Below are positions 9,643-19,410 of a DNA stretch of 64,000 nt, piece by piece (the first letter of the stretch is position 1; the number at the start of each line of letters is the position of its first letter). Source of the stretch: an uncultured Marinosulfonomonas sp. Lineage in GTDB: Bacteria; Pseudomonadota; Alphaproteobacteria; Rhodobacterales; Rhodobacteraceae. The stretch is taken from positions 8,965-72,964 of the forward strand of contig CAZRHV010000006.1 of NCBI GenBank assembly GCA_964599985.1. Direction: 5' to 3'. The notes under the pieces are model-generated. The model was not told the DNA's origin and ran no database searches. It was given only the letters and a program-made list of their open reading frames with translations. The translations under genes were made by a program, and so were the position numbers.

Positions 9643-10105
9643 ATTACACTCTCCTATTGTGTGACCGGATTGGTCTGACCCGTTTTACCGGGCTTTTCCA
9701 GACGCCGTTGGCATCTTTGAATGGATTTGGGTTTTTTTGAATCCCCCTGCGACAATGTGGCATTAACTCTGTTCGCCTGCAAACAAACTTTTTTAGCTTG
9801 CCGAAATAATTAGCTTGCATATTCAGGTTAGGGTTTAGCAACTTTCAGCTTTTGATCAGCGAAAGCCGCTCTGACTATGCCTGCCCTTGCCGGGCGCCCA
9901 GTGCAAATGCCTGTAGATTTGCCTGTGATTTTACGCCGGTTACCAGCGCTGATCCGGCATCCCCAATTTTCGCGCTTTCGCAAGACACCGTCACCCCTGC
10001 AACCACCCCTAAGAGATGTGGGTAATTTTTTCAGGATCCAGAAATCCGCAAATATCTACTTGGCCAAAAACTCGCCGGGCGGAATTTTTCTAACAGACAA
10101 CAGAG

Positions 10106-10399
10106 GTGGGCAGCGTCATGCAATCATTGTTGAAACTAAGTGCCGGGCTCGATGGATTTCTGACTTTCATGTGCAGGCATGGCAAAATGGACTGGCCTGC
10201 TGCTGGTAAAAAACGGTCTGTTATGATGTCCTTGCTTGCCCTGTCCCTAATGACTGAACGCGGCTATGACCCACGCATGAGCACCGGCGCCATTGCTGCC
10301 TCTGGCACCCTTGGTATCCTGATCCCAGCTTCGATCATGCTGGTTATCATGGCTTTCTCCGAGATTGCCATGTGGCTGCCTAGGGTGCTGTTGGATTAG
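10106..10399 (+). pseudogene. relic of a TRAP transporter dctQM/dctM permease gene
   Basis: The 97-aa ORF contains SLMTERGYDPRMSTGAIAASGTLGILIPASIMLVIMAF. Compare the intact DctM in this window: MTKDARYPIGFAAAITAASATIGPVIPPSIPMVMYA. It ends EIAMWLPRVLLD, compared with the DctM C-terminus LVLWLPRLLGYGG. About 90% of a normal DctM is missing. Confidence 0.6.
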
Positions 10400-10458
10400 G
10401 GTCGCATTGACACACAGAAACCATGTGCTTTTTCGCCAAAACCGGGTAGCTTCCTTAT

Positions 10459-11508
10459 ATGGTAGAGGATGTGAAAATAGCTGTTGTCGGCGTTGGTTTA
10501 ATCGGTAGAAGTCACGTAAATTCCATCGAATTATCAAAGGGCTCTACTCTCGCCAGTATCGTCGACCCGTCCGACGAAGGGCGGTGTTATGCCGAACATA
10601 TTGGAGTAAACTGGCATCCATCCGTTGAAGAAATGTTCGTGCAGTCAAAACCCGACGGCGTGATCCTCGCCACGCCAAACCAGCACCACTTGTCAGGCGC
10701 GTTGACTTGTATTGAAAGCCACTGTCCAACCCTTGTAGAAAAGCCGCTTTGCGTCACAGTTGCTGATGCTCAAGCTCTTGTAACCGCTGCCAATTTCGCC
10801 AATATTCCAGTTTTAACCGGCCATCACCGTCGCCATGGTGATTTGCTGAAAAAAACAAAATCAATCATTGAAAATAATGAACTTGGCGACATCGTTTCGT
10901 TTCACGCCAACTGCTGGTTAAGCAAGCCCGATGACTATTTCGACGTACCCTGGCGCAGCCAACAAGGTGGCGGTCCAATATTCATCAACCTTATCCACGA
11001 CATCAATACAATGTTGTATTTAATGGGCGATGTGGCCAGCGTACAGGCGATGCAATCCAGTAGTATCCGTAACCATACCGTCGAAGACACCGCCGTAATA
11101 CTGATACGTTTTCACAGCGGTACATTGGCAACTATCAATGTGTCTGACACAATCTCCGCACCCTGGAGCTGGGAGCTGACATCAGGCGAAAACCCCGCTT
11201 TCCCAATGACTTCCCAGGCATGTTATCTGATCGGTGGTACCGATGCTTCCCTATCCCTGCCAGACCTGAAAATCTGGCGCCATCGCGGCCAAAGCAGTTG
11301 GACAAATCCAATCGATCAAACGGCAATACCGTTTGAAAACAACGACCCGTTGATTTCGCAAATCCAACAGTTTTCTGCCGTCATCCGTGGCGATGAAAAC
11401 CCGCTTGTTTCTGCTCAGGATGGCCTGAATACATTGCGGGTGATCGAGGCGGTGAAAAGCTCTGCCAGATCGGGTGAGACCGTAAACTTGCCACAATCAA
11501 AGGCCTAG
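10459..11508 (+). CDS. Gfo/Idh/MocA family oxidoreductase
   Basis: Rossmann start KIAVVGVGLIGRSH, conserved LVEKPL motif, 349 aa. Confidence 0.85.
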   Translation: MVEDVKIAVVGVGLIGRSHVNSIELSKGSTLASIVDPSDEGRCYAEHIGVNWHPSVEEMFVQSKPDGVILATPNQHHLSGALTCIESHCPTLVEKPLCVTVADAQALVTAANFANIPVLTGHHRRHGDLLKKTKSIIENNELGDIVSFHANCWLSKPDDYFDVPWRSQQGGGPIFINLIHDINTMLYLMGDVASVQAMQSSSIRNHTVEDTAVILIRFHSGTLATINVSDTISAPWSWELTSGENPAFPMTSQACYLIGGTDASLSLPDLKIWRHRGQSSWTNPIDQTAIPFENNDPLISQIQQFSAVIRGDENPLVSAQDGLNTLRVIEAVKSSARSGETVNLPQSKA

Positions 11509-11524
11509 GAGTTAGGATCAGTAA

Positions 11525-13159
11525 ATGAAAACATTTCTTGGGGTTGACGTTGGCACCGACAGCGCCCGTGCTGGTTTGTTCGACAGGCAAGGCAATTTGC
11601 TCGCCACCGCCAGCCGCGATATTCAAACCTGGCAACCCGAAACTGACTTCGCCGAACAGTCCAGTAACAATATCTGGCGCATGGTCTGCTCCGCTGTTCG
11701 TGAAGCTATTGCGATTGCAAAAGTTAAGCCGTCCGATGTTGCGGGGATCGGATTTGATGCAACCTGTTCTCTGGTGGCAATTGATAGCTCTGATCAACCG
11801 GTCACCCTGTCGAATTCGGGGGATAACGCGCGAAACGTCATCCTCTGGGCCGACCACCGAGCGTTAAATCAGGCACTGGAAATAGACGCCACCGGACACG
11901 CTCGTCTGCAAGCCTCTGGTGGTACAATCTCACCTGAAATGCAGATGCCAAAACTGCTCTGGATCAAACAAAATCTGCGGCAAAGCTGGGCAAAGGCCGC
12001 TCAGTTTTTTGACCTGCCGGACTGGCTAACCTACCGGGCGACGGGCCTGAATACCCGATCCCTGTGCAGCACGGTTTGTAAGTGGACATATCAGGGTGAA
12101 AAGGGTGGCGATGGTGCCGGTTGGGATATCGATTTCCTGAACGAAATCGGCCTGGATGAGCTGCAAAATAATGAATTTTCGCGTATAGGTTTACAAATGG
12201 CAGCCCCCGGTGCCACCCTTGGCCCACTAACAAAACAGGCAGCAGATGAACTGGGTCTGAGCGTCAAAACAACAGTCGCCACAAGCATGATTGACGCCCA
12301 TGCAGGTGCGCTGGGCACTTACGGTGTTTCGCTGGAAGGCGGCAATATCATGAACCGCCTTGCCCTTATTGCCGGAACTTCTGCATGCCACATCAGCCTA
12401 GCACCAGAGCCCCCCTATGTTCCCGGAGTCTGGGGTCCATATTTTGGCGCGCTTCTGCCGGACATCTGGGTGAATGAAGCAGGCCAGTCGATGGCAGGCA
12501 GTGCGGTTGAGACGGTAATCAAGCGCCACTCCGCTGCGAGCGTAGTGAACACCCAAGCCAAGACCACCGAACGCACAATTTACCAGGTGTTAGATCGGGT
12601 ATTATACGAACTGGCAGGCGGCGAAGACTTCACCTTGCTTACTGCCGAACGCCATATTCTACCCGATTTTCATGGCAATCGTGCGCCGCTGGCTGACCCT
12701 ACGCGGCGCGGCGTAACTTGGGGGCAGGGGGCTATTGCAGATATAGCAGACCTTGCGCTGGATTATCTGGCTTGCCTGCAAAGTCTGGCCTATGGCACAC
12801 GCCATATAATTGAAGTGATGGGCGAACAAGGTATCGAGGTCGATACGATTGTAGTCAGCGGCGGTCTGGCGCGAAACGGACAATACCTAAAAGCCCATGC
12901 CGACGTGACCGGTTGCACCGTTTTGGTGCCGGATCAACCCGAACCGGTTCTTGCAGGAAGTGCAATGTTGGCGGCTGTCGGGGCTGGGGAATACCCGGAC
13001 CTGATCAGCGCCATGTTGGGGATGAGCGGGGCAGGAACCCGCCTGTCTCCTGCGCCAGAAACGGCTGATTACCATGACCGGAAATACCGGGTTTTCCATC
13101 AAATGCAGGATGATTTTGCAAACTATCGCGGCCTGATGCAGCCAAGTTCCGGGACCTAA
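11525..13159 (+). CDS. FGGY-family carbohydrate (pentulose-type) kinase
   Basis: FLGVDVGTDSARAGLFD N-terminal actin-fold ATPase motif. At 544 aa, the size and layout match ribulokinase-like FGGY kinases. Confidence 0.8.
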   Translation: MKTFLGVDVGTDSARAGLFDRQGNLLATASRDIQTWQPETDFAEQSSNNIWRMVCSAVREAIAIAKVKPSDVAGIGFDATCSLVAIDSSDQPVTLSNSGDNARNVILWADHRALNQALEIDATGHARLQASGGTISPEMQMPKLLWIKQNLRQSWAKAAQFFDLPDWLTYRATGLNTRSLCSTVCKWTYQGEKGGDGAGWDIDFLNEIGLDELQNNEFSRIGLQMAAPGATLGPLTKQAADELGLSVKTTVATSMIDAHAGALGTYGVSLEGGNIMNRLALIAGTSACHISLAPEPPYVPGVWGPYFGALLPDIWVNEAGQSMAGSAVETVIKRHSAASVVNTQAKTTERTIYQVLDRVLYELAGGEDFTLLTAERHILPDFHGNRAPLADPTRRGVTWGQGAIADIADLALDYLACLQSLAYGTRHIIEVMGEQGIEVDTIVVSGGLARNGQYLKAHADVTGCTVLVPDQPEPVLAGSAMLAAVGAGEYPDLISAMLGMSGAGTRLSPAPETADYHDRKYRVFHQMQDDFANYRGLMQPSSGT

Positions 13160-13794
13160 ATCTGCAACGCCCGGTTTCTGGATTTCTCCAGATGCTCACA
13201 AATTGCTGCCTTGGCCTTTTCAGGGTCTCGGGTATTCAGCGCTGCTATGATCTTCATGTGATCGCCAATCACCGACAACACGATTTCGGGTTGAATACGT
13301 GACAGCTCTTGTCGGATCAGGCGAATTTTTATCGAATTGACCCGGTAAATATCGGATAAAATGCGATTTTTCATATGGTCGATCAGCATGTCGTGAAATG
13401 CCCAGTCGACATTCTGCGCCCGCTCAACCAGTTCATCCGTTATATCTATCGCCGCTTCATCCAGAATGTCTTGATGGCTCTTTTCCATCTCGGCACGTTC
13501 TTGAACTGTAGCAGTCAACGCAAATTGCGCCGCCGCCTCGGCCTCTAATATCAGCCGCAACTGAAAAGCATTCCTGACCAGATCCAGATCAATATGAGTA
13601 ATCTGCATCCCCCGTTGCGGTACGGTTTTCAGCAACCCGTCGGCTTCCAGTCGCGGTATCAACTCACGGATAGCGCCAAGGGGCATCCCGGTCAGCGCAC
13701 TTAATTCGCGCTGCGTTGTAAACTGCCCGGGCAAGATACGACGCGATAGCAAGTTCTCGGTGAAACTGTCATAGGCTTGATCGCGTAGTTTCAT
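13156..13794 (-). CDS. GntR family regulator (FadR/FCD type)
   Basis: wHTH ELSALTGMPLGAIRELIPRLEADGLL plus a helical C-terminal domain. ATGA overlap with the upstream dapA-like gene. Confidence 0.85.
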   Translation of the reverse strand: MKLRDQAYDSFTENLLSRRILPGQFTTQRELSALTGMPLGAIRELIPRLEADGLLKTVPQRGMQITHIDLDLVRNAFQLRLILEAEAAAQFALTATVQERAEMEKSHQDILDEAAIDITDELVERAQNVDWAFHDMLIDHMKNRILSDIYRVNSIKIRLIRQELSRIQPEIVLSVIGDHMKIIAALNTRDPEKAKAAICEHLEKSRNRALQI

Positions 13795-14657
13795 GTTGGA
13801 TTGCCCACCAGATCAAAAGCAGTTGCCAGAGTGGCATAGTCTTCGTCGCGCAGCGCCACCAAGGGTGGTATAGGTTTGCGCCAATCAGGTGCACCATACT
13901 TATAGGCAACCAGCGCCTTGACGGCGGGGGTGACCGGCATTGAAACAACGACATCTACAAGGTGGTTGATCTGCGGATTTCTTACCCTTTTGGCGATAAC
14001 CTGACTGAGCTGGCCGGGAAAAATATTGGCAACACCACTGATCGTGCCAGAGGCACCAAGCCTGACGCCATCCGCCAGCAAACGCTCATCCCCGACCAGA
14101 ATTTCCAATCCCGGTAGCTGCAACAATTTCTTGGTATTTTCGAATGAACCGGATGAGTCTTTCACCCCGTATACGAGGTCTGGAAATGCGGTCTTAAGCT
14201 GACGCACCACGCTGACCGGTAACGCGACACCGATCACCTGTGGGATATGGTAAAGGATGAACTGCGCACCGGTTCCGCCGAACTTTGAAAGCACGTCGCC
14301 GAACCAATCATATACACCCTGATCTGTTGGTCCGTTGAAATAACAGGGCGGCGGTAACAAAAACTGCTTCACACCCATCTTCAGCGCAGAATTTGCCTGC
14401 ATAACAACGTCTTGCGCTGCTGCACCATGCAGAGACAAAACCATTCTGCCGGGGTCGATCCCGGTATTTACCGCAGCCTGTACGCTCGCTAGCCGTGCAC
14501 TTGTTGCAACGGAAGGGCCTTCGCCGGTCGTGCCAAAGAAAGTGACCGAAGAACATCCCGCTGACAGAACATTTTTGATATGTTGGTTAAGCCGCGAAAA
14601 ATCGACTGAGCCATCATTTTTAAACGGCGTTGTAAGGGCGGCGGAGACACCAAACAT
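13791..14657 (-). CDS. dihydrodipicolinate synthase/N-acetylneuraminate lyase family aldolase (2-keto-3-deoxy-acid aldolase or dehydratase type)
   Basis: FFGTTGEGPS motif and a Schiff-base lysine context YGVKDSSG. 288 aa. Confidence 0.8.
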   Translation of the reverse strand: MFGVSAALTTPFKNDGSVDFSRLNQHIKNVLSAGCSSVTFFGTTGEGPSVATSARLASVQAAVNTGIDPGRMVLSLHGAAAQDVVMQANSALKMGVKQFLLPPPCYFNGPTDQGVYDWFGDVLSKFGGTGAQFILYHIPQVIGVALPVSVVRQLKTAFPDLVYGVKDSSGSFENTKKLLQLPGLEILVGDERLLADGVRLGASGTISGVANIFPGQLSQVIAKRVRNPQINHLVDVVVSMPVTPAVKALVAYKYGAPDWRKPIPPLVALRDEDYATLATAFDLVGNPT

Positions 14658-14726
14658 CTCTGACTCCTGCAGATAAGAAAATTCAAAACCAAAGGTCTCA
14701 ATCTAAACAGCTTGGAGACTCTAACA

Positions 14727-14738
14727 CTAACATGTTAG
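14727..14738. promoter_or_regulatory. perfect 12-bp palindrome CTAACATGTTAG in the divergent dapA-like/dctP promoter region
   Basis: Read directly. It is preceded by a partial copy, TCTAACAC. A related box recurs at 21423-21456. Confidence 0.35.
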
Positions 14739-14747
14739 ACCTTGCAA

Positions 14748-14823
14748 TTGAAAATTCAATATGCTTTCATAAGACATGTAAAAGAAGAAATGCGACGGGA
14801 TTGTGGGGTTTGCTTGAATTCAA
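14748..14823. promoter_or_regulatory. two TTGAA/TTCAA palindromes (TTGAAaaTTCAA at 14748-14759, TTGAATTCAA at 14814-14823)
   Basis: Read directly, in the same 290-bp divergent intergenic region upstream of dctP. Confidence 0.25.
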
Positions 14824-14947
14824 TTACAGACCTCGCCGCGCAATTTTTGTCACCGGTCTCCACGCGGGTGGGTGCGAATATTCTATAGAGAAAACATAGA
14901 TAGCCGACCTGATGTGGCGGCTTAATTAGTTCAAATAGGAGGAACAA

Positions 14948-15943
14948 ATGCTAAATAATTTTTCGCGTCGGATCGTACTGACAGCCATTGCCGCTACGGC
15001 ACTGACAGGTGCGGCGACTACCGCAATCAGTCAGGATAAAATCACCCTGCGCATGTCGACACCGGCCACGGAAACGGATTTCCGTTCGCAAGGTCTGGCG
15101 ACTGTTTTTGCCGATGGCGTTAGTGGTTTTGCCACCTATGAGCCGCACTATAACGACACGCTGTTCAAGCAAGGCACCGAACTGGTGGCGATTGCCCGTG
15201 GCAATCTGGATATGTCGATCACCTCGGCGCAGGAGCTGGCAAAACTGATCCCCGAATGGTCAATCTTTACCGCCGGTTATCTGATGCGCGACCCAGAGCA
15301 TCAGCGCAAAGTTTTCGAAGGAGACATTGGTGCTGAGATGTATCAACTGGTTGAAGACAAGCTGGGCGTAAAGCTGTTGTCGGTGATGTATTTCGGTACC
15401 CGCCAGCTAAACCTTCGTGGTGATATGGTGATTAACACGCCCGAAGACATGGCCGGTATCAACCTGCGCATGCCAGGCACAGATGCCTGGCAGTTTCTAG
15501 GTAAGGCCCTTGGCGCGAACCCTACACCGATGGCATTTACTGAAGTCTACACAGGACTGCAGACCGGTGCGATTGACGGTCAGGACAACCCGTTGCCGAC
15601 CGATAAGGACAAGAAGTTTTACGAGGTTACAGATCAGATTGTACTGACGGGTCACCTTGTTGATATGAACTTCCTTGCATTCTCAAAATCGGTTTGGGAT
15701 GGGCTGACGGCTGATCAACAGGCAACTGTAATGCAAGCGGCTGCCGATGCGTCTGCCTCGATCACAGCGTCGATTGTTGCCAATGAAGCGGAACTGGTTG
15801 CGTTCTTTGAGGGTGAGGGGCTTAAGGTTTATACACCTGATGTCGCGTCCTTCCGTGAACGTGCGCAGAATATGTATCTTGAATCTGATTTCTCGAAGGA
15901 CTGGCCCGATGGCCTGTTGGAGCGGATCAACGCGGTTGAGTAA
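14948..15943 (+). CDS. dctP: TRAP transporter substrate-binding protein
   Basis: Signal peptide plus DctP-family features (NLRMPG, TGAIDGQDNPL). Followed by the Q and M subunits. Confidence 0.9.
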   Translation: MLNNFSRRIVLTAIAATALTGAATTAISQDKITLRMSTPATETDFRSQGLATVFADGVSGFATYEPHYNDTLFKQGTELVAIARGNLDMSITSAQELAKLIPEWSIFTAGYLMRDPEHQRKVFEGDIGAEMYQLVEDKLGVKLLSVMYFGTRQLNLRGDMVINTPEDMAGINLRMPGTDAWQFLGKALGANPTPMAFTEVYTGLQTGAIDGQDNPLPTDKDKKFYEVTDQIVLTGHLVDMNFLAFSKSVWDGLTADQQATVMQAAADASASITASIVANEAELVAFFEGEGLKVYTPDVASFRERAQNMYLESDFSKDWPDGLLERINAVE

Positions 15944-15949
15944 TCGCGC

Positions 15950-16435
15950 ATGATACTTCGCGTCCTGATATGGCTTCAGAGACGCGCTGATAACGTGGCG
16001 GTGGCATTGCTCACCGCCATTTTCCTGTCGTTCATATTGCAGATTGTCAGTCGGTACATAGTTCGCCAACCCTTGGGCTGGACGCTGGAAGCGTGTTTGT
16101 TGGCATGGCTTTGGCTGGTTTTCTGGTCCACGGCCTTCACCCTGAAGGAAGAAGATCACGTTCGCTTCACCGTGCTGGTGGATCACGCAGGTCCGCGCCT
16201 CAGGCGTTTTTACATGCTTATCACGGCATTTTGCGTGATCGGCGCTTTGGTGGTGTCGCTGCCGGCAACCCTCGACTTTGTGGCCTTCATGAAAATCGAA
16301 AAAACTTCACTTTTGAAAGTCAGATTTGACTACGTGTTCAGTATCTACCTGATATTCGCTGTGGCAATGATCACGCGCTACGTCTGGCGGATAATAGAGA
16401 TCATCCGCGGCCGAGACTTGGGAACTGTCGAATGA
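15950..16435 (+). CDS. dctQ: TRAP transporter small permease
   Basis: 161 aa with 4 TM helices, in the position between dctP and dctM. ATGA overlap with dctM. Confidence 0.85.
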   Translation: MILRVLIWLQRRADNVAVALLTAIFLSFILQIVSRYIVRQPLGWTLEACLLAWLWLVFWSTAFTLKEEDHVRFTVLVDHAGPRLRRFYMLITAFCVIGALVVSLPATLDFVAFMKIEKTSLLKVRFDYVFSIYLIFAVAMITRYVWRIIEIIRGRDLGTVE

Positions 16436-17727
16436 GCGCTGCGTTTCTGATTTGCCTCGCGATTCTGTTTGGTCTGTCCGCATTTGGTGCGCCGATTGCT
16501 TTGGCGATGATCGTCGCTGCCGTTTCCTATTTGGCAATGGACGGGCAGGATCTGGCACTGGCTTCCGAGCAGATCATGCAGGGGCTGTTTAACAGCTTTA
16601 TCCTGCTCGCAGTGCCGCTGTTTATCGTTGCGGCCAACATCATGAATGCCGGTACCATCAGTGATCGATTATTGAACTTCTGCGTCGCCGCCGTCGGGCG
16701 GTTTCGCGGTGGGCTCGGGCATGTCAACGTAGTCGCCAGTTTGATTTTCTCCGGCATGTCGGGTTCAGCCATTGCCGATGCCGCCGGGATCGGGAAAATT
16801 ATCATCCAGATGATGACAAAAGATGCGCGCTATCCAATAGGGTTCGCCGCCGCCATCACCGCTGCGTCAGCCACTATCGGGCCGGTTATCCCACCCTCGA
16901 TCCCGATGGTAATGTACGCTCTGGTTTCTGACACATCTGTGGGCTTTCTGTTCCTGGGAGGTATAACGCCCGGTCTGTTGATGGGCGCCGTGCTGATGAT
17001 AATGGTCGCGCGGATTTCCAAAAAACGTAATTTCGCCCTGGAAACTCCGACACCTTTGCGTGAAATGCCGCGTATTACCCTGAACGCGTTTCCCGCCCTG
17101 ATGATGCCTGTCATCCTGTTGTTTGGCATTTACGGCGGCGCCACAACCCCAACCGAAGCGGCTGCAGTGGCGGCCACTTATGCTTTCTTTCTTGCGGCAA
17201 TATTTTACCGGGCAATCACGATACGAGGTACTTATGAAATCCTGTCCAACTCTGCCCGTTCTTCGGCGGCAGTCGGCTTGGTAATCGGCGGTGCGTTAAT
17301 CTTCAACTACGTTGTTGCCAGCGAAAATATACCCAACACAGTTGCCGGGTTTTTGCGCACCATTGACTTATCACCGATCGCCTTCTTGCTGATGGTAAAC
17401 CTGGTACTTTTACTGCTTGGCGCATTCCTAGATGCGACGACAATACTTCTGGTGATCATCCCGCTTTTCCTGCCGGCCGCGAGAGAGTTGGAAATTGATC
17501 TGGTACATTTTGGCGTGGTCGTGGTGGTGAATACCATGATCGGACTTATCACGCCGCCCTATGGTATTTTACTGTTCGTAATTAACGCCACAACAGGCGC
17601 GCCGATGCGGGAAATGATTGTTGAGATCTTGCCGTTTTTACTCGCGCTGATTGTGGCGCTGTTGACCATAACACTACTTCCCGGGCTCGTACTTTGGTTG
17701 CCACGGTTGCTTGGGTATGGCGGGTAA
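16432..17727 (+). CDS. dctM: TRAP transporter large permease
   Basis: 431 aa polytopic protein with typical DctM motifs (SGSAIADAAG, GPVIPPSIPMV). Confidence 0.9.
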   Translation: MSAAFLICLAILFGLSAFGAPIALAMIVAAVSYLAMDGQDLALASEQIMQGLFNSFILLAVPLFIVAANIMNAGTISDRLLNFCVAAVGRFRGGLGHVNVVASLIFSGMSGSAIADAAGIGKIIIQMMTKDARYPIGFAAAITAASATIGPVIPPSIPMVMYALVSDTSVGFLFLGGITPGLLMGAVLMIMVARISKKRNFALETPTPLREMPRITLNAFPALMMPVILLFGIYGGATTPTEAAAVAATYAFFLAAIFYRAITIRGTYEILSNSARSSAAVGLVIGGALIFNYVVASENIPNTVAGFLRTIDLSPIAFLLMVNLVLLLLGAFLDATTILLVIIPLFLPAARELEIDLVHFGVVVVVNTMIGLITPPYGILLFVINATTGAPMREMIVEILPFLLALIVALLTITLLPGLVLWLPRLLGYGG

Positions 17728-17743
17728 GTCTTGCGATCCTGAA

Positions 17744-18586
17744 ATGCGTGCCGCGCTGGTAGGAAAGGGCATTTCTCGCTCACTAACGCCAGCAATGCAC
17801 GAAGCTGAAGGGCGCGTATATAGGTTGAACTACAAATACGATTTTATCGACACCGAGACCAATGCCTACCGCAAGTATTCTCTTTTCGAAATTATCGAAA
17901 ATGCGCGAACCGACGGCTTACTGGGGCTGAATATTACGCACCCATACAAAGTCGATGTAATTCAGTATCTTGATGAGTTATCAGAAAATGCGCGCAAGCT
18001 GCGGGCGGTAAACACCATCGTATTCCAAGGCGAAAAAGCCGTTGGATACAACACTGATTACACTGGTTTCTCTACCGCGTTTCTCAAAGAGTTTGATGCT
18101 GCGCCAATAGAAAATGTCTTGCTATTGGGTGCTGGTGGGGCAGGAGCAGCTGTCGGACTTGCCTTGTTGGGATGTGGTGTTCACCGGTTACAAATCCACG
18201 ACACAGAAGTGTCCAAAGCGAAGGCGTTGCGACAACTACTGTTGAGCCATTACCCCCTAGCAGATGTCAGATGCGCCGAAGCATTGGACCGCTCGGTTAC
18301 ACGCGGCCTAAGTGGCGTCGTTAACGCCACGCCCATGGGCATGGTCGAATTTCCGGGCTCGGCATTTCCGTTGGAATTACTATTGCCGGAAATGTGGGTT
18401 TCTGACATCGTATATTTTCCGCTTGAAACAAGATTATTAGCCTATGCTCGCGCGCTTGGATGTCGGGTGATGACCGGGTCTGAAATGGCAATTGCTCAGG
18501 CGGTCCATTCGTTTGAATTGTTTACAGGTTTCGCAGGTGACTCAAGTCGTTTCTATGATACATTTACACGGTTAAGTACGGATTGA
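17744..18586 (+). CDS. shikimate/quinate dehydrogenase family protein
   Basis: MRAALVGKGISRSLTPAMHEAEG N-terminus and the NAD(P) loop LLLGAGGAGAAV. Start moved to ATG 17744; the ORF-track TTG at 17711 overlaps the dctM end. Confidence 0.8.
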   Translation: MRAALVGKGISRSLTPAMHEAEGRVYRLNYKYDFIDTETNAYRKYSLFEIIENARTDGLLGLNITHPYKVDVIQYLDELSENARKLRAVNTIVFQGEKAVGYNTDYTGFSTAFLKEFDAAPIENVLLLGAGGAGAAVGLALLGCGVHRLQIHDTEVSKAKALRQLLLSHYPLADVRCAEALDRSVTRGLSGVVNATPMGMVEFPGSAFPLELLLPEMWVSDIVYFPLETRLLAYARALGCRVMTGSEMAIAQAVHSFELFTGFAGDSSRFYDTFTRLSTD

Positions 18587-18668
18587 TACAGGGTGTGGTA
18601 ACGCCCGACCAGACGGTGCATTGGTTGAAATAAATTGAAATTCACCGGAAAATGTTTGAGATATACTA

Positions 18669-19373
18669 ATGCAAAAGACTATCCATCGCCCCCTTATGCC
18701 GCTTGCTTCCTTTGGTGGCTCCCTTTCAAACCGGGCATATTTGTCGATTAGAAACGCCATTTTTACCCTAATTTACCAACCCGGAGAAATTCTCCGTAAA
18801 GGTGAAGTTTGTGAGATTTTGGGCGTTTCCAGATCGCCGGTATCAGAGGCTGTAGCCAAGCTGGCAAACGAAGGGTTGGTGAACGTTGTACCGCAAGCAG
18901 GCACCTTTATTTCGCGATTCTCGATGGCGGAAATTCGTGAAGGCGCTTTCATGCGAGAGGCGCTGGAACTCGCTGCGGTAGAGCAAGTTGCCCAGACGAT
19001 AACGGCTGAACAATTGGACCTGCTGCGCGCGAATCTGGAAGTTCAGAAAACCCTCGTCGACGAACAGGACACAGCGGGGTTCTTTCAGGCTGACGGCGAA
19101 ATGCACGGGTTGATTCTTTCATTCACAGGATACGAAAACCTTACACGCATGGCTGAATATTCCTGGGTTCAGGTGGATCGTGTCCGCCATTTGCACTTAC
19201 CATCCCCTGGCCGAATTCAGGAAACGCTGATTGAACATTATGCAATTGTTGATGCGATTGCGGCGCAAGATCCGGAAATGGCCAGAAGCGTTACGCGCGC
19301 GCACCTTGGTCAGTTGATCAAATATCTGGAACCGATGGAACAGGAGCGCCCGGAATTATTTGGAACCGCCTGA
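18669..19373 (+). CDS. GntR family regulator (FCD type)
   Basis: wHTH EVCEILGVSRSPVSEAVAKLANEGLV plus an FCD-like C-terminal domain. Confidence 0.85.
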   Translation: MQKTIHRPLMPLASFGGSLSNRAYLSIRNAIFTLIYQPGEILRKGEVCEILGVSRSPVSEAVAKLANEGLVNVVPQAGTFISRFSMAEIREGAFMREALELAAVEQVAQTITAEQLDLLRANLEVQKTLVDEQDTAGFFQADGEMHGLILSFTGYENLTRMAEYSWVQVDRVRHLHLPSPGRIQETLIEHYAIVDAIAAQDPEMARSVTRAHLGQLIKYLEPMEQERPELFGTA

Positions 19374-19410
19374 AAAAAGTATTCCAGTGTTGTCAGAAAA
19401 GGGAAATACC

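Noticed and set aside
9644-10209. ORFs 9644-9841 (minus, 65 aa) and 9877-10209 (plus, 110 aa) in the ugpB upstream region.
   Set aside because: They show no recognisable motifs and have a basic, proline-rich junk composition. The region is better explained as a promoter or leader plus decayed DNA flanking the TRAP relic.
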